Origin: Octopus sinensis
Lineage: Eukaryota
DNA: 64,000 nucleotides
Direction: 5' to 3'
Assembly (NCBI RefSeq): GCF_006345805.1
Contig: NC_043003.1
Coordinates: 20,336,001 to 20,400,000, forward strand
The translations under genes were made by a program, and so were the position numbers. The notes below the pieces were generated by a model. The model was not told the origin of the DNA. It worked only from the letters and a program-made list of their open reading frames with translations, and ran no database searches. Positions 37,393 to 52,119 of this stretch are shown here, one piece after another (the stretch's first letter is position 1; every line of letters begins with the position of its first letter).

Positions 37393-39025
37393 CAAACACA
37401 TGTTGTATTGATAAATTCATCTGTGCATATGTCTGCTTGCTTAAATCATGATGCTATGCAATTGTTTTATCGTAGCACTATTTTTCGCTTATTCTGCTGT
37501 CACTGATAATTTATTTAATGATGTCATTCCGATGTATTAAAAAAAAATTGTAACGTTTGAATATACAAACATGCATAAGGGATGAATTGGCTGAGTTCAA
37601 GCTTTACCAAGTTCTCCTTTGCCGTCCATTCTTTGGCAGGAATGGCGTCTATAAATATTGCCCTCGTTAGTTAATTATGATCTCGTTCAGCATAATGCCC
37701 TCTCAAATTCACACACACACATTGCCGCGGTCCTTGAGGTGTTCTAAGCCCTGTAAAAGAACTCGGAATTTTGGGCCTTCAACCAGCCCTTTTGCAATGA
37801 TTTTAAAGCCATGAACTTTGCTGAACCACCTCGTTCATCGAGTTATGTTATTATTTTTGTCGTCGATAACAGTAAAGTGTACCCCTGCTTAATAGGTCAA
37901 CTGAATATAAAGTTCCTTTACTTCGTAGATTTACTGAAAGTAAAGTACAAAAATCTATACTTGGAAACAGAGCTATTAATATAAAGGACACGAACCAGTG
38001 AAATTTTAAGCATATGCTTTCTTGTTGACTCGGCGTATCGTACATAATTCTCTCTTTGGTTGTAATCAGAAGCAATAATTCAATTCCGCTAAAGACGAAA
38101 GTCATCCATATAGTTAATATCATTGTTGTGACATTTATAAGTTGTACATCAATTACTAATGTGTTGTACATCACATAAATGTCAGACGGAAACGTAGGTG
38201 GACTCATTTATCTTATCGTTTTGGTTTGAACTTGAGGTAGAGAGAGAGAGAGAGAGAGAGAGAGTAACACACCGACCTATTATTTATGTTCATATATTGA
38301 TCTCTTATAGATACAAGTTCTCTTGTATTTTAATATATTGAAACAGCTGTCACACGGTTGGTTAGCAGCGTTGCTGTACATATGGGAATATGTTACTGTT
38401 GATTTATATATAACATCTACAAATGAGACAAAATAACACACATATACAGGATTTAAAAAAATAAAATACGTGAAATTACGGCAACAAACAGCTTTAATGT
38501 TTCTGTCTTAATCCTCTAATTCCTAACTTGTTGAAGAAAAGAGCCGAGAGAATATCATATTTGAATGTCGAATCATTGGTTTAGTGTTAGGAACTTAATA
38601 TCCGCCATCAATGGCGCTAGTGTGCAGCAGCATTGTCAATCGTTTACCAGACAGATTATAGTGGTAGGAATGTTGGTGGCAGCGACGGTAAATGGTTACC
38701 TGGTTTTTATCGTATGATAAATGTTATATGGTATCTGTGGTTAGCGACTGATTTTTGTGTGCCTTAATCGTCATCAATCTGCGCTTATTTAATTTATATT
38801 CTTTTCGTTTCGTTTCTTTTTGTCTGTTGCTCTACTCAGTATTTTGTCATCTAATCCCTCTTCAGTATACTTCCCTCTACATAATTGTAAGATGATAAAC
38901 AAGTACTAATAGTTTTGGCCTCCGGCTGGCGGAGGTATGGAATGCTTTGCTCAATCGCTGACTCCTGATGGGACGGAACGTTTTTTTCGATAGTCGTCAG
39001 GTTGTGAACCTTTGGAAACTGCTAT

Positions 39026-39214
39026 AGGCGCAGGAGTGGCTGTGTGGTAAGTAGCTTGTTTACCAACCACATGGTTCCGGGTTCAGTCCCACTGCATGGC
39101 ATCTTGGGCAAGTGTCTTCTGCTATAGCCCCGGGCCGACCAATGCCTTGTGAGTGGATTTGGTAGACGGAAACTGAAAGAAGCCTGTCACACACATATAT
39201 ATATATATATATAC

Positions 39215-39252
<38 letters not shown>

Positions 39253-39455
39253 ATGTGCCTGTGTTTGTCCCCCTAGCATTGCTTGACAACTGATGCTGGT
39301 GTGTTTACGTCCCTGTCACTTAGCAGTTCGGCAAAAGAGACCGATAGAATAAGTACTGGGCTTACAAAGAATAAGTCCCGGGGTCGAATTGCTCGATTAA
39401 AGGCGGTGCTCCAGCATGGCCGCAGTCAAATGACTGAAATAAGTAAGTAAAGAGT
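39026..39455 (+). mobile_element. SINE family B, full length, low divergence
   Basis: Complete head, body and tail. Confidence 0.92.
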
Positions 39456-39489
39456 GAGAGAGCTATTGACGCTGCTGTTATTGACTTCT

Positions 39490-40040
39490 GCATTTTATTT
39501 TCTCCTACTTCTTCTCTGGATTGAAAGCTCTCAAATGCCCCTTGCTGCCACACGAGTAGCAACTAGGCCTTCTGCTCTGTACCCCCAATCTATTTACCTT
39601 CTCTATTTGTCATATTCTCTACTGTACGGCTTTGCAATACAACTCCAAAAAGGTCTTTCTGTTTTCAGAGGTTATCATAATCGACACAGCCATGTAGATG
39701 TCACGCAAATGCATCTTGTTGCATGTGTTTTTGCTCTGACCATTTCAAGGCGTTGTGCCGCAAATGTGACGACAGACACAAGCTCAGCGTCTGTAGTAGT
39801 GCCTATAGCCATTGCCCTTGTATATCCTCGCTCCAATACTGCAGCATCGATCTGATGGATGATGGGTAGAATGCCAATTTCGCCTGTCGCTTGGCTAAAT
39901 TGGGTCCTCTAATCTTAAACAATGGGATCAAACATTAATATGCTAAGCCCAGAGGGTGCACACATTCTGCCATACATAAGCCAGGGTTTAGTTTCCAACA
40001 GCTCCTTTGGGAGCAGATAAAGGATTCCACCACTTTTAGG
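39490..40040 (-). pseudogene. Decayed retroelement ORF1/gag-like fragment with zinc knuckle
   Basis: Minus strand at about 39515-39590 encodes VQSRRPSCYSCGSKGHLRAFNP (CX2CX4H, last Cys lost); stops and frameshifts around it. Confidence 0.55.
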
Positions 40041-40254
40041 GGGAAAGAAAAAAAAACATTTGCAGAAGAATGAAAGGCAAATTAGACTTCCGTGACGTTT
40101 GAAGTCAGAACGTAAAACGCCAGTAGAAATGCCGCCAAGCATTATGTCCGACGCGCTTAACAATTCTTTCAGCTTACCGCCATAAACATGATGATGATGA
40201 GGATGATGATGATGATGATGATGATAATAATAATCATAATAACAACAACAACAA

Positions 40255-40300
<46 letters not shown>

Positions 40301-40502
40301 AATAATAATAATAATTTCTACTAAAGGTACTGAAATGTGAGAGTGAAGTCGATTACATCGACCTCAGTGTTTCACTGGTACGTATTTTATCGACCCAGAA
40401 AAGATGGAAAGCAAAGTCAACTTCACCAGACTTTGAACTTATAACGTAAGGACACTAAGTATTTTACTCGTCGTATTAACAATTCTACCAGCTTGCCGCC
40501 TA
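40030..40502 (-). mobile_element. Two SINE family A copies separated by (GAT)n(AAC)n(AAT)n
   Basis: Reverse-complement cores at about 40070 and 40400. Confidence 0.75.
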
Positions 40503-40538
40503 AATATTAATAATAATATAATAATAATAATAATAATG

Positions 40539-40588
<50 letters not shown>

Positions 40589-40677
40589 TTCTTTATTTAC
40601 CACAAGGGTTCGCATTAAGGAAAACATGGACAGCACAGGATAAAACAAAGATTGTGTGTGTGTGTGTGAGTGTGTGT

Positions 40678-40718
<41 letters not shown>

Positions 40719-40799
40719 AAAGCGAGAGAGAGAGAGAGAGAGTAAGTGTGTGTTGTGAGGGTTTTGCGTGTAACCAAGACTAACAAGATTTTTTTTTTA

Positions 40800-41436
40800 A
40801 ATCAACAATGTGAACACAAACTTTTGGGGTAGGCACCTCTTTTCCTTTCCTTTTTTTCCAACTACAAGCGGATGCTCAAGGCAGGCTCGTTCACTTGCAC
40901 CATTCTCGCCACTTTCAGACACCTTTCAGCAAATTTGTTAGAAGACAACTCATCCCTCTCTACCCTTATTTTCCTTTTCAAGTGAGACTTGAAGAAGTTC
41001 ATCAGGGATTGGCCAAAGACAAAAATGTTTGTCTTCAGCTCCCTGAATCTCGTCCAACTTTCGTCATGGCCACCAGGCATATGAAAATAGCCCTTCCTTC
41101 CCACCTAAAAGAAGGCGGCAGGGTGATCTTCACGATGGATTCAGATGACCGCCAGATCCGTCCCGCACGCGACAGCAGGTGTTTGACATAAACCCGCACG
41201 TCAGCAATGCTCAGGCACTGGACGGGTGCATACAGGGCCGTCTCGACATCTTGCGCGCATCTCGGACATACTCGGCTGACGGCACTTCCGTGCCTGTAAA
41301 GTTTGTCCCGAATAAGCAAAGCTCCCTGGTAGCACTGCCAAGCCAGAGATTTTTGAAAATTATTCATCCGTCCCGACCCGAAAGTTCTCCGCAAAAGTGC
41401 GACTAGCTTATCTTTTCGACGCCCAAGGTCTCCCCA
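40800..41436 (-). pseudogene. 3' end of an L1/Tx1-type LINE ORF2 (zf-RVT-like region)
   Basis: NNFQKSLAWQCYQGALLIRDKLYRHG...VCPRCAQDVETALYAPVQC followed by W..R motif in a shifted frame; typical L1/Tx1 C-terminus. Confidence 0.8.
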
Positions 41437-41651
41437 ATCCTTTCTACTATAGGCACAAGGCCTAAAATTTGGGGGGGAAGATCAGTCGATTACATCGACC
41501 CCAGTGTTTCACTGGCTGTTAATTTATCGACCCCGAAAGGATGAAAGGCAAAGTTGACCACGGCGGAATTTGAACTCAGAACGTAGCGACGGGCGAAATA
41601 CCGCTGAGCATTTCATCCAGCGCTCTAACAATTTTGCCAGCACGCCGCCTG
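41437..41651 (-). mobile_element. SINE family A copy
   Basis: TTTATCGACCCCGAAAGGATGAAAGGCAAAGTTGACC. Confidence 0.9.
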
Positions 41652-41661
41652 AATGATGATG

Positions 41662-41721
<60 letters not shown>

Positions 41722-42219
41722 GATCTCCGATTTTCATTAAGTACAACGTGATCAAAAAGCAGCTCTTCTCTAGAGCTGTGTTAAAATAGTCGTTCATTTC
41801 AAACAACAACATCAACAACAACAGCAACAAATACTACCGTAAACAATAACAGCTCTTCATCAACAACAAACAGCAATAATAAACAAAAAACAACACCAAA
41901 AGAAGAGAAAAATGAACAACAAATCGTAAAAAGCTTTTTGGGAGAAAACTATCGACAAATGTACTGCGTTCGACTTGATTGAAATTTAGACCTAATTTTA
42001 CAAACACCCGACATTTTTGAAACCGCCAGTACCATGGAATAAAGGAAGCTACCCCTTATTCCATTAGTCTCTTATATTGATTAATTGAATGTTGGTAGGG
42101 TACAGATTAGGGTGTATGGGGTGGAGGAGGGCAGCAGCAGACGATAATCAGGAAGTTTCTGAAATGCTTTTAGAATCGATTTATTGTAATGTCGAAATAA
42201 ATAATTTAAGAAAACACAA

Positions 42220-42303
<84 letters not shown>

Positions 42304-42380
42304 GTATGTATATATATATGTATGTATGTAGATATATATATTACATATATGTATGTATGAATATATATATATAATATATC

Positions 42381-42429
<49 letters not shown>

Positions 42430-42679
42430 ATATACAACACACTGAGAGAAGAAGGAGAGAGAAATATATGTGTTTATACAAGTCACAGAGGGAGAATAGT
42501 GAGATAGAGAGAGAACGAGAGAGAGAGTAAACGAAATGGAAATAACAAAAATAAATAATCTACAAAACGAAAATAGAATAATAAAAATGATAACTTGAAA
42601 AAAAATAAACGAAATGATCTATGATAGAAAAGGCAAAATTATTTTTGCAGATCTGTTTCAACGCGAATATATAGAATAA

Positions 42680-42710
<31 letters not shown>

Positions 42711-43272
42711 AACTTACACATGCATACATTTAGGCATAAATTCATACATACACATGTATATATATATATACACACATACATAAATGGAAACACATATGTA
42801 TACATATAATTATATGAATGCATATATACCTATATAAACATATATATACATATAAACATATATATATATATATATATAATATATATATATATTATATTAT
42901 ATATATCATATATATATATACCTATCTATCTATGTACCTATCTAAATATATTTATATGTGTGGATATATGTGTATATATATATAGTATATTATTATATAT
43001 ATATATATATGTATATATGTATCTATGTATGTATTATGTATCATTATCTATCTATCTACCTATCTATCTATCTATTCTATCTATCATACCTATCTATCCT
43101 ATCTATCTGCGTGTGTGTATATGTATTCGCGTGTATATATATTATTATATATATATATATATTATATATTATATATATAATATATATATGTAATACATAC
43201 ACATATAACTGTGTGTGTTTGTGTGTGCACGAGTGCACAATATGTATATATCATAATACTAATGTATATGTC

Positions 43273-43309
<37 letters not shown>

Positions 43310-43409
43310 TTATATACATATTTGTACGTGAGTGTATGTATGTATGCATGTATGTTTGTGTGACTGTGTTGTGTGTGTGTGTGCGCGCGCGCATGTGTAA
43401 ACCTTTAGA

Positions 43410-44880
43410 TGAGTGTATATAACCATTAAGTATCTTCGCAACACCACAATTATCACCTCACCCAACACCTCAGCCACTTCAATCATCAACAATGCCCATC
43501 ACTACCCTCGCTACCAGCACCGTCAAAATCTCCACCATTACTACAACCACAACCACAACCACAACCAGAACCGCAATCAGAACCGCCACTACCTCCTAAA
43601 CCACACATCGCCCCTCACCCCCATCCCGTTTCTGCTACCTAAATAGATAAATAAATAAATAAATATATAAATAGTGTGGTTACGAGATTACAATGTACAT
43701 CGCAGCGATTAGCGCAACAACGTCAATATCAAGCATTATTGCTTCCATTAACAACAATGGCAATAAGAGCTACAACAACCACAAGAGTAGCAATAACAAC
43801 AACAACAACAACAGCAGCAACAACAGCAGCAGCAGCAGCAGTAGCAAATGCAACAACAACAACAACTATAGCAATAACAATGAGGCTACCACTAAACACT
43901 AGCGGTACCGTAATCGTCTCAAACATTGACATCAATATGCGAACGTTAATGTCATCGCCGTCGCAATCGTTATCAGCGACTGATCGCCGCCACCACCACC
44001 AAAACCATCACCACAACCACGAAAACCACCACCACCACCACCACCACCAAAACCACTACCACGACCACCATCATCATAATCCTCATATTCCTCATCATCA
44101 TCATCACCACAACTACTACAACCACCACCACCACCACCACAACCATCATCATCATCATCACCATCATCATCACCACAACTACTACCACCTCCACCACCAC
44201 CACCACCACCATCACCACCATCATCATAATCATCATCATCACCATCATCATCACCACAACTACTACCACCTCCACCACCACCATCACCACCACCACCATC
44301 ATCATAATATCATCATCATCACCATCATCCTCACCACAACTACTACCAACCACCACCACCACCACCATCATAATTATAATCATCATCATCATTACCATTA
44401 TCATCACCACCATAATTATTGCTATTATCATCATCAATATTGCCACCGCCATCACCTTCATCGTCGTTCCCCATCGCTGACCCCACCGTCACCATCATCC
44501 ATCCCCATTACCTCCACCGTCACCATCACCATCACCACCACCACCGCCACCACCACTACTACCACCACCATCACCACTACCACCATCATCATCATCACCA
44601 CCATAACTACCATCACCATTATCATCACCATCATCGTCGTTACCATGACCTTTACTATGACCATACCATCACCATCACCGTCACCATCATCGTTTCTACC
44701 ATGACAACGACTTCCATGATGGCAACGATCACTACCACCACCACCAACACCGTCGATGCAGCCGCTTTCACTGCCACCACGAGCTCACACCGCCTCTTCT
44801 GCTTTCTTCTCCTCCTCCATCTCCCTCCCTACTCTTGCTCCTCCTCCTCTAACACCGCCAGTACATTATAATATCACGAC
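43410..44880. repeat. Long degenerate trinucleotide tract (AAC/CAG, then CAC/CAT/TAC)
   Basis: Directly visible; produces poly-His, poly-Thr and poly-Val ORFs. Confidence 0.9.
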
Positions 44881-44934
44881 TAATTCACTGCCAAAGCCAC
44901 TGCCATAATCAAAATCATATTCCTAAGACATTAT

Positions 44935-45280
44935 GTGGAAGCGCAATGGCCCAGTGGTTAGGGCAGCGGACTCGCGGTCGCAGGATCGCGGTTTCGATTC
45001 CAGGACCGGGCGTTGTAAATGTTTATTGAGCGAAAACACCTAAAGCTCCACGAGGGTCCCGGCAGGGGGTTGTGGCGAGCCTTGCTTGTACTCTTTCACC
45101 ACAACTTTCTCTCACTCTTTCTTCCTGTTTCTGTTGTGCCTGTAATTCAAGGGACCAGCCTTGTCACACTCTGTGTCACGCTGAATCTCCCCCAGGAACT
45201 TAAATTTTAATTTCACGAGCAGTATGTTCCGTCGTTCGGATCAAATGGGACATTCGTCGTCGTAAGCGACGGGATGCCAC
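44935..45280 (+). mobile_element. SINE family C, long-tail variant
   Basis: Colinear with 32667-33051, with an internal deletion. Confidence 0.9.
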
Positions 45281-45827
45281 GATCATCACCAGTGGGTAGC
45301 AGTGGCAGCGACAGCAGCTGTGGTGGCAACAGCAGCGACGGTCGCTGCAGCAGCAGCAGCAGTAATCGTACAAAATCCCCCCCCCCCCGTATGCTGTACT
45401 ATCTCCACATTCTCTACATTGATTACCGTCGCCTATACAATTTTTTTTACTAGACCAATGGTCCCCAACATAATTATCTGCGTCGGAGTCCGCGACGTTC
45501 TGACCATTGTCAGCATTATCAGAAGCAGATTAATCATCATTGTCATCATCGTGGTCATCACCATCACCATCAGCATCATCTTTAAATGTAAGGCAAACAA
45601 GTCGTTGAACAGCATATTTATTCCGGTGAGATTACACACATACACACATTCATGCATACACAAACACACACACACACACACACACACTCACACATACGAA
45701 CTGCGTATGTACATATGCATGTACCTCACGTTTTCTCACTCTATACAAACATATACATACCTCTCCCTCTCTCTCTTTTCCTCTCTCTCACTCTCTTTCT
45801 CTCCCTCTCACTCTATATATATGTATG

Positions 45828-45860
<33 letters not shown>

Positions 45861-45981
45861 ACATATATATATATATGTTGTGTGTGTGTGTGTGATTGAG
45901 TGTGTGTGTATGTATATATATATGTGTGTATCTCTCTTTCTCTCTCTCTCCCTCCCTCTCTCCCTCTCTATATATACATAC

Positions 45982-46032
<51 letters not shown>

Positions 46033-46063
46033 ATCTGTGTGTGTGTTTGTGTGTGTACGTAAG

Positions 46064-46100
<37 letters not shown>

Positions 46101-46121
46101 CCCTCCCTCCCTCTCTCTCTA

Positions 46122-46167
<46 letters not shown>

Positions 46168-47012
46168 TACATATATGTGTATATATGTACGTATATACAT
46201 ATATATATATGTATTTACTCATGTATATCTATATATATAATATAGAGCGTCCACATAGTGGATTCTCTCTCATATTTGTGTATTAATATATAATATATGT
46301 ATATTATATATAGATGCATATATGTACATGCATAGGCATATGCAAATTGGCTGTTTGAGCCGTATCTTTTGCTGAAATAGATATATCTGGGCTCTCAGTA
46401 GACCACTTCATAAATATAACATCATCAATTATTAGAATTTAATTAGATATGCTCTAGGTTATCTGCTACGCCACTACCATCACCACTAACACTATCACCG
46501 GCCACCAGTCTGCTCCTCACTTCACCACATACACACAAACATATACACACGCACATTATCATATATTAACTGTTGACGATAATTAGAATAACGGCAATGA
46601 GTATTATTTTCAAAATACTGGCACAATATCAGTCAAGTACTGTGATGTGAGACAGAAAATACCCCAGAGGGCGCCTTGCATATTAAAACACGGCTGCGGC
46701 AGACTCTCACGTAGGGAATATAGTAAGTTCAAAAACTTCGATAAATAGATTATATCTATGAAATTAGTTGACTAAAACTCCCTCCTAGGATTTCTCGATG
46801 TCTGAAATCAAGAGGAAGGACGCAAATCCTATAAGTTCATTTGATAGAAATTTCTGGACCGTTTAAGCAATGAGGTTTATAGTAGATCAGGCTAATAATA
46901 CCAAATGATGAAACAATGGACATGTTTCGGTATTAGTAAATCTCCTCAGTGAAATATGTTATATTCAGATGGTAAAACTTGAACGTAATGGGTATATACA
47001 TATACACACACA

Positions 47013-47093
<81 letters not shown>

Positions 47094-47196
47094 GTCTGTC
47101 TGTCTCTCTGTCTGTCTGTCTTTCAGTCTGTCTATCTGTCTGTCTATTTGTCTCTCTCTCTCTATCTATCTATATGTCAATCTGTCTGTCTGTCTA

Positions 47197-47244
<48 letters not shown>

Positions 47245-48167
47245 TCTATCTAACTATGCATGTATAATATGCACATCTATGTGTGTGTGCATGTGTGTGT
47301 GTGTATATACATACTTCATTCTCATTTTTTCTTTATTCTCTCAATTTTATATTGTTATTTAATCACAAAACAGACCTAATCGAGAGCAAGCCTATGATCA
47401 TTGACATTCCAGCCGAAACCACCTTCTCTAAGTTTCCGACATAGTGTATCTCTGGAATCAATACGAACTTTCTTAATACTTCATGATGTTGGCTATTTGA
47501 GGAGATATTTGGTAATCATTTAAATCAGGTCGACTAACCACGTAGTGACGGTTCCTTCATTGCTTTGGTGCTTTAAGACGTTTTAACTGAGGAAGCCATT
47601 GAAAGCAAATGTGTCCACTTATGAAAGACCGCCATTTGTATGGCAGAGAACAACTTCAAATACAGAAGAAAGCATTTATTATTGATCTGTTCAGAATAAT
47701 TACAAGTTACTACTTTTCCTGCTTCTAGCAACGTTGCTCTAATTACAGCACTGTGTAATGATCTGTATTAGCGTTTAATTATTGTGACCTCCGCGGTCAA
47801 TTGACATATATGGCACATTCCATTGACGTCAAACTGATACAGCCAGAGTCGTATCATATCGTATCACTTACTAAACAGAAGTACTTTTAGCGAGGTAACC
47901 ATGCACTTAACGGATTCGCATCGCAGTCATGTGACTCTAGGCTCGATCTGGGTGCGTTAGTACTTGTTATTTGGGACCAAGTTTCTTCTACATTCGTGGT
48001 AGACACGAGTCGAACAACACATTGTAAGTGGAATTTTGTGGAGTTTTGGTATTTGTTCTGCATCGAATTCCAGATACTCCTCTGTTCTTCTCGTCGTTCG
48101 AAATTCTCTGGACCGGCTTTGGGGTATCTGCAAGCCCGTAATCACCGATAATATTGACTGCCGAATG

Positions 48168-48621
48168 TGGGCGTGTGGTTAAGAAGTTCCCTTTGCAGCC
48201 ATGTGGTTTCAGGTTCGACTCAACAGCAAGTAAATGTCTTCCACTGTAGACCAATACCTTGTGTACGAGTTTCATTGTCGGAGTTATATAGAAGCCCGTT
48301 GTATATATGTATGTATATATATATATATACATATATACATGCGTCTGTATATATGTTTGTGTACGTATGTGTGTGTGTGTCTTTCTGGTTACGAAGTGTT
48401 TGTATCCCACCATCACTGAGAACCGGTGGTCGTTTATTTATGTTCGGTATCTTAGAAATACGGAAAGAAGACCGATAGAATAAGTATCAGATTTAAAAAT
48501 AAGTACTGAGGTCGATTCCCTCGGCTAAACCGCTTTGAACGGTTTAGTCGACGAAATGGCCGCAGTCCAGTGACTGGAACAAGTAAAAGATAACAGATAA
48601 AAGTTAAATAAATAAGTTATA

Positions 48622-48660
<39 letters not shown>

Positions 48661-49085
48661 ATAGGCGTAGGAATAGATGTGTTGTAAGTGGCTTGCTTAC
48701 GAACCACATGGTTCCGAGTTCAGTCCCAATGCGTGTCACCTTGGGCAAGAGTCTTCTACAATAGACTCAGACCGACCAAAGCCTTGTGAGTGGATTTGGT
48801 AGACGGAAACTGAAAGAAGCCCGTCGTATATATGTATATATATATATGTATGTGTGCGTATATATGTTTGTGTCTCTGTATTTGTCCCCCTAACATCGCT
48901 TGACAACCGATGCTGGTATATTTATGTCCCTATAACTTAGCGGTTCGGCAAAAGAAACCGATAGAATAAGTACTAGGCTTACAAAGAATAAGTCCTGGGT
49001 TCGATTTGCACGACTAAAGGCTGTACTCCAGCATGGCCACAGTCAAATGATTGAAACAAGTAAAAGAGTAAAAGAGAAAGAGTAA
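48168..49085 (+). mobile_element. Two tandem SINE family B copies (about 48168-48600 diverged; 48663-49085 younger)
   Basis: Head and tail motifs present in both. Confidence 0.85.
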
Positions 49086-49391
49086 AGTGAAAATAAGTTA
49101 AATAAACAAATAAATAATCCAAGCAAACTCTTGGCTATATGGAAACTACAATGCTGAGAACTGAAGTAATGCGCAAAATCGAAGCAAACTACTGCTGGTC
49201 AGCTAACATGTTGATGTACTTTTAGAATTACTGATCGAAAGAATTAAACAGTAAGAAAGTAAGAAAACTGGTGCTGGTCTGGTGAACAGACAGACGTTTG
49301 TTTTTTGAGAAAAAGATTTTGAAAAAATTTATGTGAGATTTTTGCGGAATTTATAAATAAGAGACCAGAGGGGCATATATATATATATATA

Positions 49392-49829
49392 CTAGCAGCA
49401 TAGCCCGGCGTTGCCCGGGTATGTAAGAGCCCCTAGTAGGCAACGACTAATCCCAATCTAGTCCTTTCCCTCTAGGGAACGAAGGCGCATGTGTAGGTTG
49501 CAATGTCTTCTCTTCACTCGAATACTTCTGTGTATACGATGTTCCTAGCTGTCCCTTTGGGCGATAAAAAGGTCGAGTTGTGGTCCCTAGACAGAAAATG
49601 TGTTGCATATAAAAAGCTAGATTCTCGACCCCATGTCGAATTTATCGATTTTTTTCAGAACTGGGGGAACTTTTCAAAATTTTCGCTGCGTTAGTTTTGA
49701 ATTATGACATTGGGCTAGGTTGTGTATCAAGTTTCATCAGAATCGGTTGTGAAAGCCGTGGTCAGGGTGAGGGTACAACCTGACAGACACACAGACACAC
49801 AGACAGACAAACTGCCGTTTATATAGAGA
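49392..49829 (-). mobile_element. Non-autonomous Helitron
   Basis: Minus strand starts A|TC, ends with hairpin CCCGGGCAACGCCGGG then CTAG|T; sub-terminal (CTGT)-type microsatellite; no TSD or TIR. Confidence 0.85.
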
Positions 49830-49998
49830 TATATTATATATATATGTATATATATGTGGTGTATATATATATATAATATATAATACATATATATATATAA
49901 CATATACATATATATATATATATATAATATATATATACATATATATATAGATATATATATATATATATGTGTGGTGTGGTGTGTGTGTGTGTGTGTGT

Positions 49999-50279
49999 GT
50001 GGAGGTGCAATGGCCCAGTGGTTAGGGCAGCGGACTCGCGGTCGGAGGATCGCGGTTTCGATTCCCAGACCGGGCGTTGTGTGTGTTTATTGAGCGAAAA
50101 CACCTAAAAGCTCCACGAGGCTCCGGTAGGGGGGGGGGGTGATCCCTGCTGTACTCTTTCACCAACTCTTTCTCTCACTCTTTCTTCTGTTGGCCTGCTC
50201 GCTTAGCCAGCGGGGTGGCGTCGTTCGAAGGCTAAAACAATGCAAAACGCATTGTGACCAGCGACGTGATCACGTGATG
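49999..50279 (+). mobile_element. SINE family C copy with alternative tail
   Basis: Family C head and body, then GGCCTGCTCGCTTAGCCAGCGGGG...CATTGTGACCAGCGA. Confidence 0.9.
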
Positions 50280-50372
<93 letters not shown>

Positions 50373-51854
50373 GTATATATATATATAATATATATATATA
50401 TATATGTGTGGTGTGTGTGTGTGTGTGTGTTGTGTGTGATTATGTTTTCGTTTCTCATTGCGTTCGACGTTTTTTTGTGTCCTGTACCCATATATGCATG
50501 TATATATGCATATGTTTTATTTATTATTTTGTTATTATATGATAGAACGCACGCATCCACTTCTAATTAAGTTTTATCTCTCTCTCTCTCTCTCTAGATA
50601 TATACACTACATATATCTCTCCGTTTTCTTTCTACTCTTAGTTGTTTTCTTTTCTCAGTCTTTCTATAGATGAGCGTAGGTTCGAAACGTAAAAGAATTC
50701 TGCCATTTCACCTGAGTGTCAAACTTTTATATTTTGCTTGTTGCTCCCTCGTCTTTTATTTTTTTATTTTTTGTACGACATTGAACTATATAAGACATGG
50801 CGTAACAATAAGTGTCGTTTCTTTTCTCTGTTTTTACCAGAGTGAAATGGAAGATATTTATATAGGTAGACATCAGAAATAGCCATTGAGTAAAATCGAA
50901 ATAAATGAGAGGTAGGAACGAAAAAAGGTTGTTATGACTGTTGCTCTTGTCTAATCAGAAATAAACTCTGACTACAACATCCTTCCCTGTGTCATTTCAT
51001 GTTTAGGAATACGCTAGTAAATGGAGCCCTAGACGTTAACACTTCTGTTAAAGACAGCAGAGTGTAATTTGATGGAGCTCAAGCTACTGCTTTTCACATG
51101 TCGAATTATTACCGAAAGGTTTCTTCATTGGCTCAGGAAATACAAGAAAAACCGGGAGATAGAGATTATGAGAGGGAGTAATCGTGTGAAGGAGTTGGAC
51201 AATGAAGAGAAAAGAGAAAGAATGACAGATAAAGAGTGGTGGGGTGAGAGAATCGAAGAGAATACGATATATTTATGTAAACTGGGAACTAAAATGAGAG
51301 AGAGAGATGGCAAAGAAAAGAGTGAGAAAAATAGATAGCGCTACAAGGAGTTGTTTGGGAGAAGATAATAAAGGCATGAGCTAGCAAGACAGAATTAAGG
51401 AGAATAAATTGTAAATTGAAAACGAAAGTAAATCAATGAGAGAAAGTGGAAGACAAAATTACTGAAAAGATTGATTGTAAGAGAAAAATAGAGACAGGAT
51501 GGGGGACAAGAGAGCGAAGGAAAAGCTTTAGGGAAATAAAGAAGTGGACTATAATGATAGAAGGGTTAAAAAGTGACAATAAAAAGGTCACGAGAATAAA
51601 ACAGGATTGAAAGACAGAAAGTGAGGTAGGAGAAAATTTAAAATAACTAGAAATTCAGAGATACACAGAGAATTTTGAGATTTTGAAGGACAAAGAGGGG
51701 TCGTTGTTTTTCATAGCAATATAGAGGTAACTTATATAATTTATCTCTGGTTGATCATCTAGAAATTTCTGTATTTCAAATCTATCTATCAATCTATCTG
51801 TCTCTGCCTGTCTGTCTGTTATCTCTGTCTGTCTGTCTGTCTGTCTCCCTCTCC

Positions 51855-51906
<52 letters not shown>

Positions 51907-52087
51907 CTAGATCGAGATATAGATATAGATATATACCGACCGAGCTCGACTGCTAATGGGGTCATAGGGGCGCCATCACGATGTATTCGGCGTCGTAAAT
52001 AATTGAAACCTAGAAGAATTCATCCTCTCCATGTCTGAACACAGCAATACCCAACGTACGCATTAAAGGGAGAAAGAAAGAGTGAGT

Positions 52088-52119
<32 letters not shown>

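Noticed and set aside
43676-44704. 342-aa His/Thr-rich ORF as a real gene, for example a histidine-rich beak protein
   Set aside because: Made of degenerate CAC/CAT/AAC repeats that are open in several frames and on both strands. It has a GTG start, no signal peptide, and lacks the Gly-rich GHG-type repeats of squid beak proteins.
44935-45015. SINE heads (here and at 12134, 15073, 32667, 39026, 49999) as tRNA genes
   Set aside because: A and B boxes are present, but acceptor and T stems do not pair properly and the sequence continues into SINE bodies, some with TSDs.
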